64,000 nt of DNA from Octopus sinensis (taxonomy: Eukaryota). Both the position numbers and the translations under genes were made by a program. The notes beneath the pieces are model-generated. The model worked only from the letters and a program-made list of their open reading frames with translations, ran no database searches and was not told where the DNA came from. The DNA lies in the NCBI RefSeq assembly GCF_006345805.1, contig NC_042997.1, positions 80,538,001-80,602,000 of the forward strand, in the 5' to 3' direction. Positions 37,988-49,655 of this stretch are shown piece after piece. Numbering within the stretch: position 1 is the first letter of the stretch; each line of letters opens with the position of its first letter.

Positions 37988-38179
37988 GGAATTCGGAATC
38001 AAGAGTGAGGCAGGTTACTAGCTTAAGTATGCATAGCCATGTCGAGGAGTAGGAAGAGGAGTCCAGACAGACAATGTAAAAAGAGGGGGAGAGAAACTCC
38101 GCGAAGAACCGGCAGCCAATTTCTAATCAGCCCTGTAAGGGAGATAGATCTTAAATATCTATAACGATAACTAGTGAAT
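37988..38179. repeat. Partial (about half) 365-bp unit ending in a TA-rich microsatellite
   Basis: Matches the unit up to GATAACTAGTGAAT, then (TA/TG)n. Confidence 0.9.
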
Positions 38180-38246
38180 ATATATACACATGTATATATG
38201 TGCGTATATATATATATATATATGTTTGTGTATATATATATGTACA

Positions 38247-38299
<53 letters not shown>

Positions 38300-38391
38300 G
38301 TATATATATTATATATATATATATATATGTTTGTGTATATATATATGTACATGTATATGTGTGTATATATATATTATATATATATATATAT

Positions 38392-38467
38392 ATCTTCCCA
38401 GATCCCCGGTCGAACCGTCCAACCCATGCTAGCATGGAGAATAGACGTTAAACGATGATGATGATGA
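38392..38467 (+). mobile_element. RTE 3' tail fragment inside (TA)n
   Basis: CCGTCCAACCCATGCTAGCATGG...GTTAAACGATGATGATGATGAT between TA tracts. Confidence 0.8.
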
Positions 38468-38580
38468 TATATATATAAATAAAATTTTAAACCTTTAAAA
38501 ATATTTCAGCTTCAAAGCTACAGTCATGCTGGGCTGCACAACACCAATATTTGAAGCCTCATCTGATATGTGGCATTTAG

Positions 38581-39410
38581 TCAATTAGGGCATTTGATGC
38601 CACTGCCCTCATCTGCGTTTCCTGCTGTGAGGTAGGCTTGTCTGTAAGCCCTGACAGAAAGAGATCCAGTTTTGTTTCAAAGACACATTCACATCATGCA
38701 GGTCTTTCAGGCATTTTGGAGGGATATTGAAGAGCAGTGGGCCTTTGAAGCCCAAGGTGTTGCAATATCTGGCCCTGTATTTTGACAGCAAGGCTATGAT
38801 CTTTGGCATTATGTAGTGGCACCCCGTTCTGCAGTTTGAGTAACTTTCAATACCAAAGTTTGGTACAAGGCCTTTTAGGATTTTCCAGATGTATATCACT
38901 GTATATCTTTCCTGCCTTTGTTCTAGGGAGAAAAGTTTTAATTCTTTCAGTCTCTCCCAGTAGCTGATACATTGCATCGAGACAATTTTCTTAGTTTAAT
39001 TTCACTGGATTGCTTTGAGTTCTGCCATGGATTTTATAGTGTGTGGTGACCATAGTTGGGAGCAGTAGTCCAACAGAGAATTCAACCAGCCATCTGTCTG
39101 TATTTTATTACCAAATTGGTAATATGCATTTGAAAAGATGCATCGTTGCTCATGTCAAAGCCCAGGTCACCAAGTGGTTTTGATACAGGGATTTCAATTC
39201 CTCATGGGCCAGTGTATCCTGTCTGCATGTCATTTAGCTTTGTGTGCTGGTAGAGTAGGGCCTGGAATTTTCCTGCATTAAACTCCGGTTGCAGATGTGC
39301 AATATTTCCAGGTTTTTTTTTTTGTCTGAGAGACTTTTCTGTCATCTGCATAGCTAGCAAGGGTGGCTATCTGAGTAGATGAGGGCACGTCTGAGAGGGC
39401 CACTATGTCT
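38581..39410 (-). mobile_element. CR1-type LINE ORF2 C-terminal fragment (decayed)
   Basis: Minus translation gives ASYADD (39341-39352), LGDLG, LDYCSQLWSP, SYWERLKELKLFSLEQRQERY and GPLLFNIPP, motifs typical of the CR1/L2 group. Confidence 0.8.
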
Positions 39411-39536
39411 TTTCAGGTACACACACATATAGAAAATTGAAATATTATCTTTCAGTAGTTTATAAGGTAAAATCTTAAATTATTAATTGACACATTATTA
39501 ATTATCTTATAACAGTAACACCTGGAAAAATTGTGG

Positions 39537-40052
39537 ATTACATGGAAAAATGCAAGCATGAAAAGTAATATTCTTAAGATTATAAACATGGAAAAGTACA
39601 GGACAAGTCATTATACTTGTAAAAGTATAGGACAAGCTATTATTTCTAGTAAAGTAAAGAATAAGAAACTTTTTACTTAAAATATGGCAGCTAAAATTAA
39701 AATTTGAATATTAAAACCTATTTTATTATAGTTCACAAATAACACAATACTTATTTAAGTAGAATTTGGCTAATTTACTACCTTAAATACAGAAAAAAGT
39801 AACTAATTAGACAAACTTACAAAATAGCTGAACAGTTTTGTACAATAAATTTAAAAGATGAGAACTGTAAAGAGTGCTAAATTAGAAGAATTGGCATTCT
39901 TTATTGCAATATTTTAAGTAAAAAGTTTCTTATTCTTTACTAGAAGTAATAGCTTGTCCTATACTTTTACAGGTGTAATAACTTGTCCTGTACTTTTCCA
40001 CGTTTATAATCTTAAGAATATTACTTTTCATGTTTGCATTTTTCCATGTAAT
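39537..40052. repeat. Fold-back MITE-like element
   Basis: Arms of about 145-150 bp (39537-39685 and 39909-40052) are reverse complements around an AT-rich spacer of about 220 bp. Confidence 0.8.
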
Positions 40053-42720
40053 AAATATATATATATATAATGAAAGTAATGGATTTGTTTCCTATTACAG
40101 GTGGCTTAGATTGAAGTAGAGCATGAATAGATGAAATTCCAAGGATTTTTAAAAATCTATGACAAAAGAATTGTAAGAAATGTTGATTTGACAAATGAAA
40201 TGAAATATTCAACTCCCTTTACAAAATTTACTCCATTCATTTTGGTTAGTTTATATGGTGAGGTTAGCCCACAAGTGTGCTAATTTCATTGTTTCGTTTT
40301 CTTCCCCCTGTTTTATTACATATTTTATTTCGCTGAGTGCATCTGAGTTTTTGAATAGTCATATTATATCTCTGATAGATAGGGAACAATTAACAGGGCT
40401 GGCATTCAACTTTGAAACAGTACCTTATGGGGCCTGCAATGCTAACCCCAACTACAGTAGAGAAAACGACCTTAAAACTGTTGTCATATCAAATATTTAA
40501 TTTTGGATAAGATTCTTCTAAAGAACCTCAAATACATATTACTTCAATAAACCTTGTGACTAGCATTTTCATACATCATAAAAAAAAGACAAAACAAAGT
40601 AAAGCTTAATTTTATCAATAAATCACAATCAGGAGAATGAACAAATTGACTTGCAAATAGAAATATAAATTAAACAGGACGTCTTAGAGGCTCAGACTTA
40701 AAATACTAAGTTAGGTGTCTGGAAAATATAAATAGAAACTGACAGGAGAAAGTACCCATGGCAAAGAAAGTAAGTGGTAAATATGGCTCTTATGATGATG
40801 GGCTCCATAAACAAAATGACACAGTCAAATAGAGCAATAACACAGTGTAATGAAGACCTATTCAAATCGCATGAGCACATTGATAATGATACTGGAAAAT
40901 GGTGCATTATACAGCTTGCTTTAGATTATTCAGTTCCTACATGCCATAACTAAACAATTAACACAGGGAAGCAACATAATAAACAATTTATGACAAATGT
41001 GTATCTGGTGTATGTCAACAGCCCAGAGCAATTATGTTGTAAATAGATATCAATGGTAGATACAGTTTACCATTGCAAATAGCAAGAGCATTACATAATT
41101 ACCAAATGCTTCATTGGGTTGTGATATTCCTATGAGTAAAGCATGTGACAAATTGGCATATTTTACTCATAGAAAGCATCTCTCTTAACTATTTAATGCC
41201 TAGAAAACTGAACCATCCAATATCTTCTAAACAGAGGTAAATAATATGAAAAATTTATTAAAAGAAAAAAATTCATTGTGCATATTGCAATAACAAACAG
41301 TATTAGCAGAAGTAGTTGTTGTGATGACAGAAGTAGGAGTAGCAACAATATTACTAGTTTTAACTTGACAAAATGTTGCTGATATATGCACTACAATAAC
41401 ATTATAGTCATACAATATACTAACAAATTCTCTCCAGTTGTTCCAGCCAATTGTAGATATTCTCTTTCAAAAGACAATCTCGCTAGATAGAGAACAGATG
41501 CATAAGCATCACTGTCAGTTACTAATCCATTTAACCTGTTCTGAATAGTGTGGGGTTTCTGGTCAATTTATTACTAAGATCTTCTCCAAGAAAAATCAAT
41601 AAAAGTAAGCTTTCTAACAGTAAGAATTCACTTTTGGATAAACTCCCCCCTTTTTTTTAAAAATATTTTCCTCCTTTTCAAGATTATATTTTTATTATTA
41701 TATATAAATGGAAAAATATGCCTAGAATATTAGGTATATTATTAGAAATATTGGACTGGATGCTTTCATGAAACTAGTTTAACTCTCACTTCTAAGTTCA
41801 AATATCACCAAATATCTGTTTGCTTTTCTTTCCTCTGGGACTAATGACATTAAATACCAGCAATATATTGAGACAAATTTCATTAACAGAACTCTCTTTT
41901 ACCAATCACTGTTGATTATCACTAACATAATGTTCAGCCATATGTAGAGATACCAACAAGAAAGTTAACATGCTCTGACAGTCATACTGCACTCTGCAAG
42001 AACCAACAGTTTGTTGCTTTACTTTTGTGTCATGTGGGCCATAGAACAGACTAAAGAATGGTATATCAAGAATGTAGGATTTACAGCTAGCCCCGAGCAT
42101 TTAGTCAACAATGCTAACACCATGAATCTACTTAATCAGATCTGACTGCAGTTACATTCACTACACACACACACACACACATGTAAATTAATCTATCCAT
42201 TGCTCTATACATATATTCAACTTTAGGGGAAACATACAGATCGACTGAATTACCTTGAGATGGACATGTAGCAGTGAGGAGTAAGTGAGAGGCAGCAAAT
42301 GTACATTGTGAGTTGTGCACTGCTAATAATAGAACATATCATCCTAGTGCCATGGGCCACTAACCATACAAATCCAATAGCATGCTGATGCATGTAGAGC
42401 ACTGCAACTTGACCAAACAAACACCAGAAAATAAAGCTAAGTGTGCAAATGATTAATTGAAATTGATATAAGCAAGGTATGTTCACAACTCCATCATCCC
42501 AAACATGCATGAATGTGTTTTCAAAACCTATAATGAGTATGACTTTTATTAATGAACCACAAAGTGGCACCTATGTGAACAAGCAAAACCTGAAGGAATA
42601 ATATCTAAGGCATTTATAACTTAAAGGAAGATATGGTTTGCAGAGCACTATAATACCTCACTTGAACATACATAAAATTACAAAAATAAAACAAATACAA
42701 GAAATATTTGGTATTATATA

Positions 42721-43103
42721 TTCTTTTACATGTTTCAGTCATTTAAGTGCAGTCATGCTGGAGCATCGCCATAAAGGATTTTAGTCAAACAAATCAACCC
42801 GAGGACTTATTCTTTGTAAGCCTGGTACCTATTCTATTGGTCTCTTTTGCTGAACTGCTAAGTTATGGAGACATAAACACACCAACAACAGATAAGGGGA
42901 CAAACACAGACACACACACACATATATATATATACATACATATGACAGGCTTCTTTCAGTTTCCGTCAACCAAATCCACTCACAAAGCTTTGGTTGGCTT
43001 GAGGCTATAGAAGAAGACACTTGCCCAAGGTGCCATGCAGTGGGACTGAACCTGGAACCATATGGTTGGGAAGTTAGCTTTTTACTACATAGCCATGCCT
43101 GTA
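42721..43103 (-). mobile_element. SINE family A copy
   Basis: Colinear with 1232-1606. Confidence 0.75.
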
Positions 43104-43246
43104 CCTATATATGGTTATAAAGCTAAGATTATATTATCTTAATTTGTCAAGTCTTGAGTGACCCTCTCCTATACAAACTGTCTTAACAGCTAAAGAGCCC
43201 TGATTCATCTATCGCTCTGCCAATGATCTTGCCGTACACTTATTAA

Positions 43247-44332
43247 CCCTTTCGTTACTATATTTCAGACCAAAATACACCCCTTATGTGTTTCAATTAA
43301 TTTCTAACATAATCATAAATTTAGTCTGGTTTCATTAAACAACTACAACTTTTTTATTTATCAATATATTAATGTGATTTTTGGAAGATAATTTAATGAA
43401 ATGTTCTCAACCAATTCCATACTATAATTTTTGTCACAAAGTGACTCTAATTGCAGGTAGATACAGGTAAATTCAACAAAATATAAAATTATTAAAATTT
43501 TGTTCAAACATCACTATAGAAAATGGGTTTATTAGCTAATATTCAATTGGGTATACAACAAAATTTTACGATAGAATTTGTTATTCTGGGTAACTTTCTG
43601 ATACCCATAATAATATTTATGGCAAAATAGTCTTAATTTCATTTAAGGTTGTAGGAAACCACTAACTATCCTTTCTTTCGCTTTGTTTACATTTAGCGTA
43701 ACGGTTCGTTTCCGTCGTAATGAGTTCAAATAGACTCATCGGAAAAAGTAAAAAGAAATAGTCTATCACTTTACTCTCCTGGGAAAGTCTGTGACTTAGT
43801 CCAGTTTCTTCAGAAAAATCACCGAAAGAAACAGTTTTTAAATTTTCACTCCATTCAGGTGCCAATTCATTTTCTTTATCGCTGTCGGAGCTCTCGGATT
43901 CACTGTTTTCACTTTTGGAAAATGAAACATCAGATTCATTATCAAATACCACGTGCTTTGTTTTTCAGTCATAGAGTTAGATTTATGAAGGTCTTCAGTA
44001 GAAAATCCTTCGAATTCTGACTCGCTGCTTGATATAATGAAATTCGTATCCATTTTTTGTCAGAATTACAAATTTTGAAAATACAATAGGAACAAATTTC
44101 GGAAAAAAATCTCCCAAAATTCACAGAATTAAAATTACACTTCGATCGTTGTACAAAACTGTAGATGAATTGTTTATGAAGTATAATCAGGTGTTTTCAC
44201 GAATGTACTAAAGAGATTTGCTCTGATATTCTCATTTAAATATGAATAGGTAAATACGGACGGGTTTGGGCGGTTTGGTCACATTAACCAAAATTTTTTC
44301 GGGCGGCTTTGGGCGGTTTGGTAACGAAAAGG
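43247..44332 (-). mobile_element. Internally deleted piggyBac DNA transposon
   Basis: TTAA at 43243-43246 and 44333-44336. TIRs CCCTTTCGTTAC and GTAACGAAAAGG (1 mismatch). Subterminal repeat TTTGGGCGGTTTGGT twice. Transposase N-terminus inside. Confidence 0.9.
43662..44053 (-). pseudogene. piggyBac transposase N-terminal remnant (frameshifted, truncated)
   Basis: Acidic Ser/Asp/Glu-rich leader, then W...F...G...DYFFLLFP...ITTETNRYA, typical of PGBD-family N-termini. No DDD catalytic domain. Confidence 0.8.
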
Positions 44333-45999
44333 TTAATCATCTAAAGTACTTCTATATCTCTGCACACTGTTGCTAGATATCCAATGATCATATGTATGTA
44401 TGCGTATGCATGTGTGAGTGTGCACACCTGTGTGTGTAAAATATGTACACGCGGTGCATTCAAAAAGTATCCAACTTATTTTTCCCCACTAAAAAAAAAC
44501 AATGCTGTGTGGGCAAAATCCTTGGGGTGGGGTGATGCCACTTCCTATGTTGGCATGAAAATTTTCATGCCAGCAGGCCACATCTGTTCCTCACATTATA
44601 CCAAGAGCACAGACGTGGAGCGTTTGGTGTACTCTAAATATGACAGCCAGGAATCGACACATCCTAGGATTTTGCCCCCAGGGCATTAGTTTTGGCAAGG
44701 GAAAATAAAGTCAGATACTTTTTAAACACACTCCATATACACACACATGGCAGGCCTCTCTCGGTTTCCATCTACCATATCCATTCACAAGGCTTTGGTC
44801 AACCTGGAACTACAGTAGAACACTTGTCCAGGCTGAATTGCCGTGGAGCAGAACGCAAAATGGTGTCATTTGAAAACCAAATTCTTAACCACACAGCCAT
44901 GCCTACCTGCACACATACATGCATGCCTGCATGTGTGCATACACACACACATATACATACATATCCTCTTTCCATAAGGTAAAATTAGATGAGAATTTTT
45001 TCTTTTCTGAAACATTTAAACAGAGTGATTGAAAAAATGGGTCGAATGTTCTATTAGAATACCTATTTTTCATTTAAATACATCCATGTTTTTTCACAGC
45101 ATCAACAATTACAGCAATAGAAGTGATTAAACAAAATTACTCTGACACAATTATTTCATTAGATATCAGCCTAGATTTCATGACAAAATGAGAGAAAATA
45201 AAAAGAAATTTTTTTAAGAAATGTTTTTAATTGAAACAACTTACTGATATACAAATGAGCTTTAAAAAATACATAGTAGATTTTTTAAATTAGTAGTGAT
45301 AATAATGGGAATGGTAATAATGTTACAAGTAGACGGAATACTTAAATTGTTTGCCATACTTGTTTTTAAAAAATTTAATATCCATTTTTTCTATGTCAAG
45401 ACAATTTACAAGTGCAATTGTTTTTTTTTATATTTACACAGCCTTCCAACCACTAATAGTTTAACTGTGATAAGAGAGGGAAACTTATTGTCAGGTATGC
45501 ATATAACCCATTTTGATTCAATAGCCATGATTAAGTTTGAAGCTATAAGCCACTTTATTTTTACAGACTCTGATGCATACACAATATACAAATGATACAA
45601 TTTTCTTCTTTACCTATTTTTTACTTCTAAATACGAAACTGTTTTCAAATTACAAATGTAATGGTTGTAAGAAATCGGAAGAACCTGTGTGTGTGTGTGC
45701 GTGCGTGCGTGTGTGTGCACATGCATAATTCCAAGATCTTGATGGCTCAAGCACTGAGATATGGTTTCAATTGCTAATTGATATAATTTCATTACTACAC
45801 CAGCTCCTCAATTATTCCTTCGCTGAAATAAGTTTTGTTATACCACATAAGTAATTACTAAAACACAAGTACTTATGATTCACATTGGAAGTATTTCACA
45901 AGGTAGCATCAGACAAGCAATTTAATAGTATTCTGTTAATCATTATGATTATTTTAAAGTCTTTTTTCATGCTAGCATGGAGTGGATAGCTGTGTTGGT

Positions 46000-46570
46000 T
46001 AGAATAACTGTAATCCTCATGATTCTTTCAGTTGTCTCAGAACTAACCACAGAACTTCTCATATCTTTTGCAATGGTACTTTCTAGTATCACCTCACAAC
46101 ACCCTTTCAACAGTATTTATTGTTTATCTGGATCAAAGAGGCATAAGAGAACAGTTGTCTCTCTTGAATACAACAGCAAATAACTTTAGTATCTACCCAA
46201 TCTCTTGGCTCATTTATGCTCTACATTACACATAAGTTGATGTTATCTGGCCTACTGATTACACCACCTCTGATCTTCAAGTTTCAATATCCCTGTTTCA
46301 TCACACTGACAGAGAATTTGTTGCTTATAATAGAAGTATCAATTCCTGCATCTGTTTTAACGACTACACTTTGATAACAACCATTCTCAGTACTAAGAAG
46401 ATCACTTAAATATTAGAAATCATCAACTGCATCTAGTGAACATCCAAACAGTTTCATTTTTCAGATTCTGAAAAATTGAAGTTACCATTCTCTGTCACTC
46501 CCACTCATCATAAGCACTGAATACACAATTTCAAGTGCTTACCTCCTCCAGTTCAATGCATCAAGCAAGG
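46000..46570 (-). mobile_element. Old RTE fragment
   Basis: Minus translation LDAVDDF*YLSDLLSTENGC parallels LQVVDSFRYLGDQ..S.GG of the younger RTE copies. Confidence 0.45.
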
Positions 46571-48979
46571 ATACAGTCCAGTTCTTCCTACTCAGAACAG
46601 TTAAAATTAATACAGGCATTGTTTCTTCTCCATTAACTTTAGCTTTTTGGGGTTTTTTTTAATGAAAGTATTGGGACTTTATTGTTAACTAACTTGTCTT
46701 TAGGTTGTTTTTATATATTTTATATCTGGACCTTAGACCATTATTTCAGGCTCGGAATTTTATCTGGTATATAAAAGTTCCCAATGACAACCAGCCTGAA
46801 CTCCTGTTATATTGCTTCAAAAATTATATTAAAAAACATGGTCTGATGCCAGACATTATTAACAATTCTTTCAGGCTACAGTAATTTCTGTGAACTTCAG
46901 GCACCCACAAAGCTGATGCTTGATTCTAAATTGTACAACATTTAGCAGCTGAAAAATAAACCTTACTTTTTTTCATAGGCTACTAATTTATTGCAAGTAA
47001 CACTTAGATCATCATGCACTTATCCTCTATTACAAGAAGTAGTAAGACTTGCAGATTAAAGTAGAGCTCAGAAATACACAACGCTGTACACAGTATGAAT
47101 TTATAAGCTATGACCTGACAGTCTAATAGTTCGTTCACTTCAATCTTATTAATAATTAAGGAAGTCATATAATGGAATAAATGATGGTATAATTTTGGAA
47201 CATTACAATGAAACATGTAGAAACCAGTATGAAAAAAAAAATCAAATATGATGTATTAATTATATGAATGTAATAGATATTATAAAAGTAAAATGCTCTT
47301 ATAGACATATGGAATATAGGTAATATAGGTAACACATAATTATACGCAGGGCTGGAAGCAGGTAATAGCTATGATTTATTGTACCAGTCACAAAGAGGAA
47401 AAAGAAACTTGCAATGAAATATATCAAAGATGTCTGAAATTATCATAGCAAGAAATGGAGCAGGATGACTTTATAATGGGTCAAATTGTTAACAAACAGC
47501 TTTGTAATACATATCATGTCACTAGTGCTGTACTATGCTCATGGCAAAGAAGCTTAAATATCACTGCTTCAGTCCACAAACATGTAAATAACTGACTTAA
47601 GCAGGATAGGCCATTACATATTGAACAAGCATCAGTAGTTTGCAGAGAAAGGGTCAAATTATTTAACTGACCTCAACTATGATATGATCTTATGGCCTTC
47701 TTCAATCAACTCTTGTCAACACTATGGTAAAGAGAAGTGATATGAAAGGGCTTGCAAGTAATAAGAACTCCAATTCAGCACAAGGGTTTTTAAAAAACTC
47801 ACAAAATTGATGATACTGAAATACATATTAGGGTTTGTTTTTTTTTTATTTATTTATTTTTTTTAAATGTGAATGCAAACTAAGATATTATATTGAATTG
47901 TTGATCCTGATGCATACAAGCGAACAGAATTTATTCTACATCAATTACTGAAAGTTGAATAATACATCAACTAGTATGTAGGCGTGATAGTGACAGATTA
48001 ATGACCACATGAACTAGTTTCAAAGCTGAAACTAGTGGCAGATGGGTGTGACTTCTAGGAAATACAAACAACTTTGTTTACTTCTGCCTCCATTATTTCA
48101 GTAGAGTAGTTAATGTGCAGAAAGAATGTCTACAGATGAACCAACTGTTCTACAAATAGGCAAATGTGAAGGAGAGGAGGAGGAACAAAGAGGACGACAA
48201 CAGAAAATACAGCATACATGTCATTAAACTAGTATTCAAAATTTCTTTCCCAAACAATTTTCTGTCTCAATGAAATGTTTCATAATAATCTTGGTGGATA
48301 AAATGGCATGATAGTTTCTATCATATTATTTTAGTACATCAAGCATTGATTAAGTTCTTTAATCTAACTGAAGAGTTGATGATGGAACATGACATAGGTG
48401 CAAATTGTTGCATTCCAGATTTGTACAACCCAAGCAATCATTGAAAAACATGTAAAAATGTTGTGAGGTCAATCTCAGTTTAATTAAGAAGTTCTGTTCA
48501 ACATCTTACCTAATAAAAACTGAATGGAATCTGATGTTTTCTTGTACACAATCATCAACTGCAATAGATAAATGAGGAGAAATAAATATAAAGAGAAATC
48601 ATTAAACACACTGAAGCAAGCAACATATATGGACATTGTTTTAACAAATGACTAAATTCACTTTGCTCCCATGTATCAGACCAACATTTTGCTAAAGGTT
48701 AGAACCAGAAAAGAGTAATTAACCCTACTAAACAGCAATTAAACAGAACCTAAAACTACATATCAGAGATCAAACCAAAAGAAAAAAGATAACAGCCAAC
48801 ACTACAAAGTGCTCCAGCATGGACTTGTCCTGAATATCTACAATGAAGTTCAGGACCTGGGCACATACACATGTTCACACATTTATGCATATGCACAAAT
48901 ATGTATACAGGCACGCACACACATAACGGGAGTCAACAAAGATGGGAGACGACAATAATTTCAATGGCAAATTTAGATT

Positions 48980-49160
48980 ACAGTTAGAAGTTTATCAGGG
49001 CCCAGTCCTAATTCCCTCTCTAGATTATTATAATTCTCCAAACCATAACAGAAAAGTTTAAGACTGGCTGTCCATGTGAACTCCTGTATACTGATGATGA
49101 TATTTTTATAGCACAATCTATTGAAGATTTGGAGAAGAAATTCCAAACATGGAAACACTC
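48980..49160 (+). mobile_element. Old RTE RT fragment
   Basis: GCPCELLYTDDDIFIAQSIEDLEKKFQTWK parallels GCLWELLYADDFALIAESLSELEEKFQVWK. Confidence 0.65.
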
Positions 49161-49655
49161 ATTGTTATCACTGCATTTACCCCTTACTTCCTCACCCCCT
49201 TGTCTCCCTTTCTCCCACTGATGTCTACCCGCAACCTCTCTGCCATCACAACACTCTCTTGTCTTCTCTCCTTGGTCCACCTCCATAACACTCAATTCCT
49301 TTCTTTCAGTGAACATTTGCCCCAAAGTATCTCCAACTCTGTCAACCTCACTTTTATTTTACACAAATGGTGCCGAAAAAAATGCATCCATTACACTCAA
49401 TAGAATGGTTACTGTTAGGAAGGGCATCCATAAAAACCATGTCAAACTTGAAGTGTTTTGAGCAAAACATAGTCCCCTCATACAATTGGATCTGATGAAC
49501 CAGCCAACTATTGGAAAGCAGATGTAAAATTGATGATGATCACACACATGCACATTATGGTGTCCAGTGAATATGTCAGTCAGACAGGCCATCAGTTTAT
49601 TAAATGACACCTAAACAAGAATAGTGAACAAATGTAAATACAAACTTTTTTTTTC

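Noticed and set aside
31590-38021. Repeated 60-140 aa ORFs in the array
   Set aside because: They lie in the non-coding RTE 3' UTR, overlap on both strands and recur only because the DNA is repeated.
38023-38458. YI/IY/CV-rich ORFs (also at 6233-6825, 22839-23208 and similar)
   Set aside because: Translations of TA/TG/CA microsatellites.
43960-44000. CUGAAGA on minus as a hammerhead core
   Set aside because: No stem II or GAAA geometry; it lies within the piggyBac ORF. Isolated CTGATGA/CTGAGGA words at about 3943 and 56838 also lack stems.
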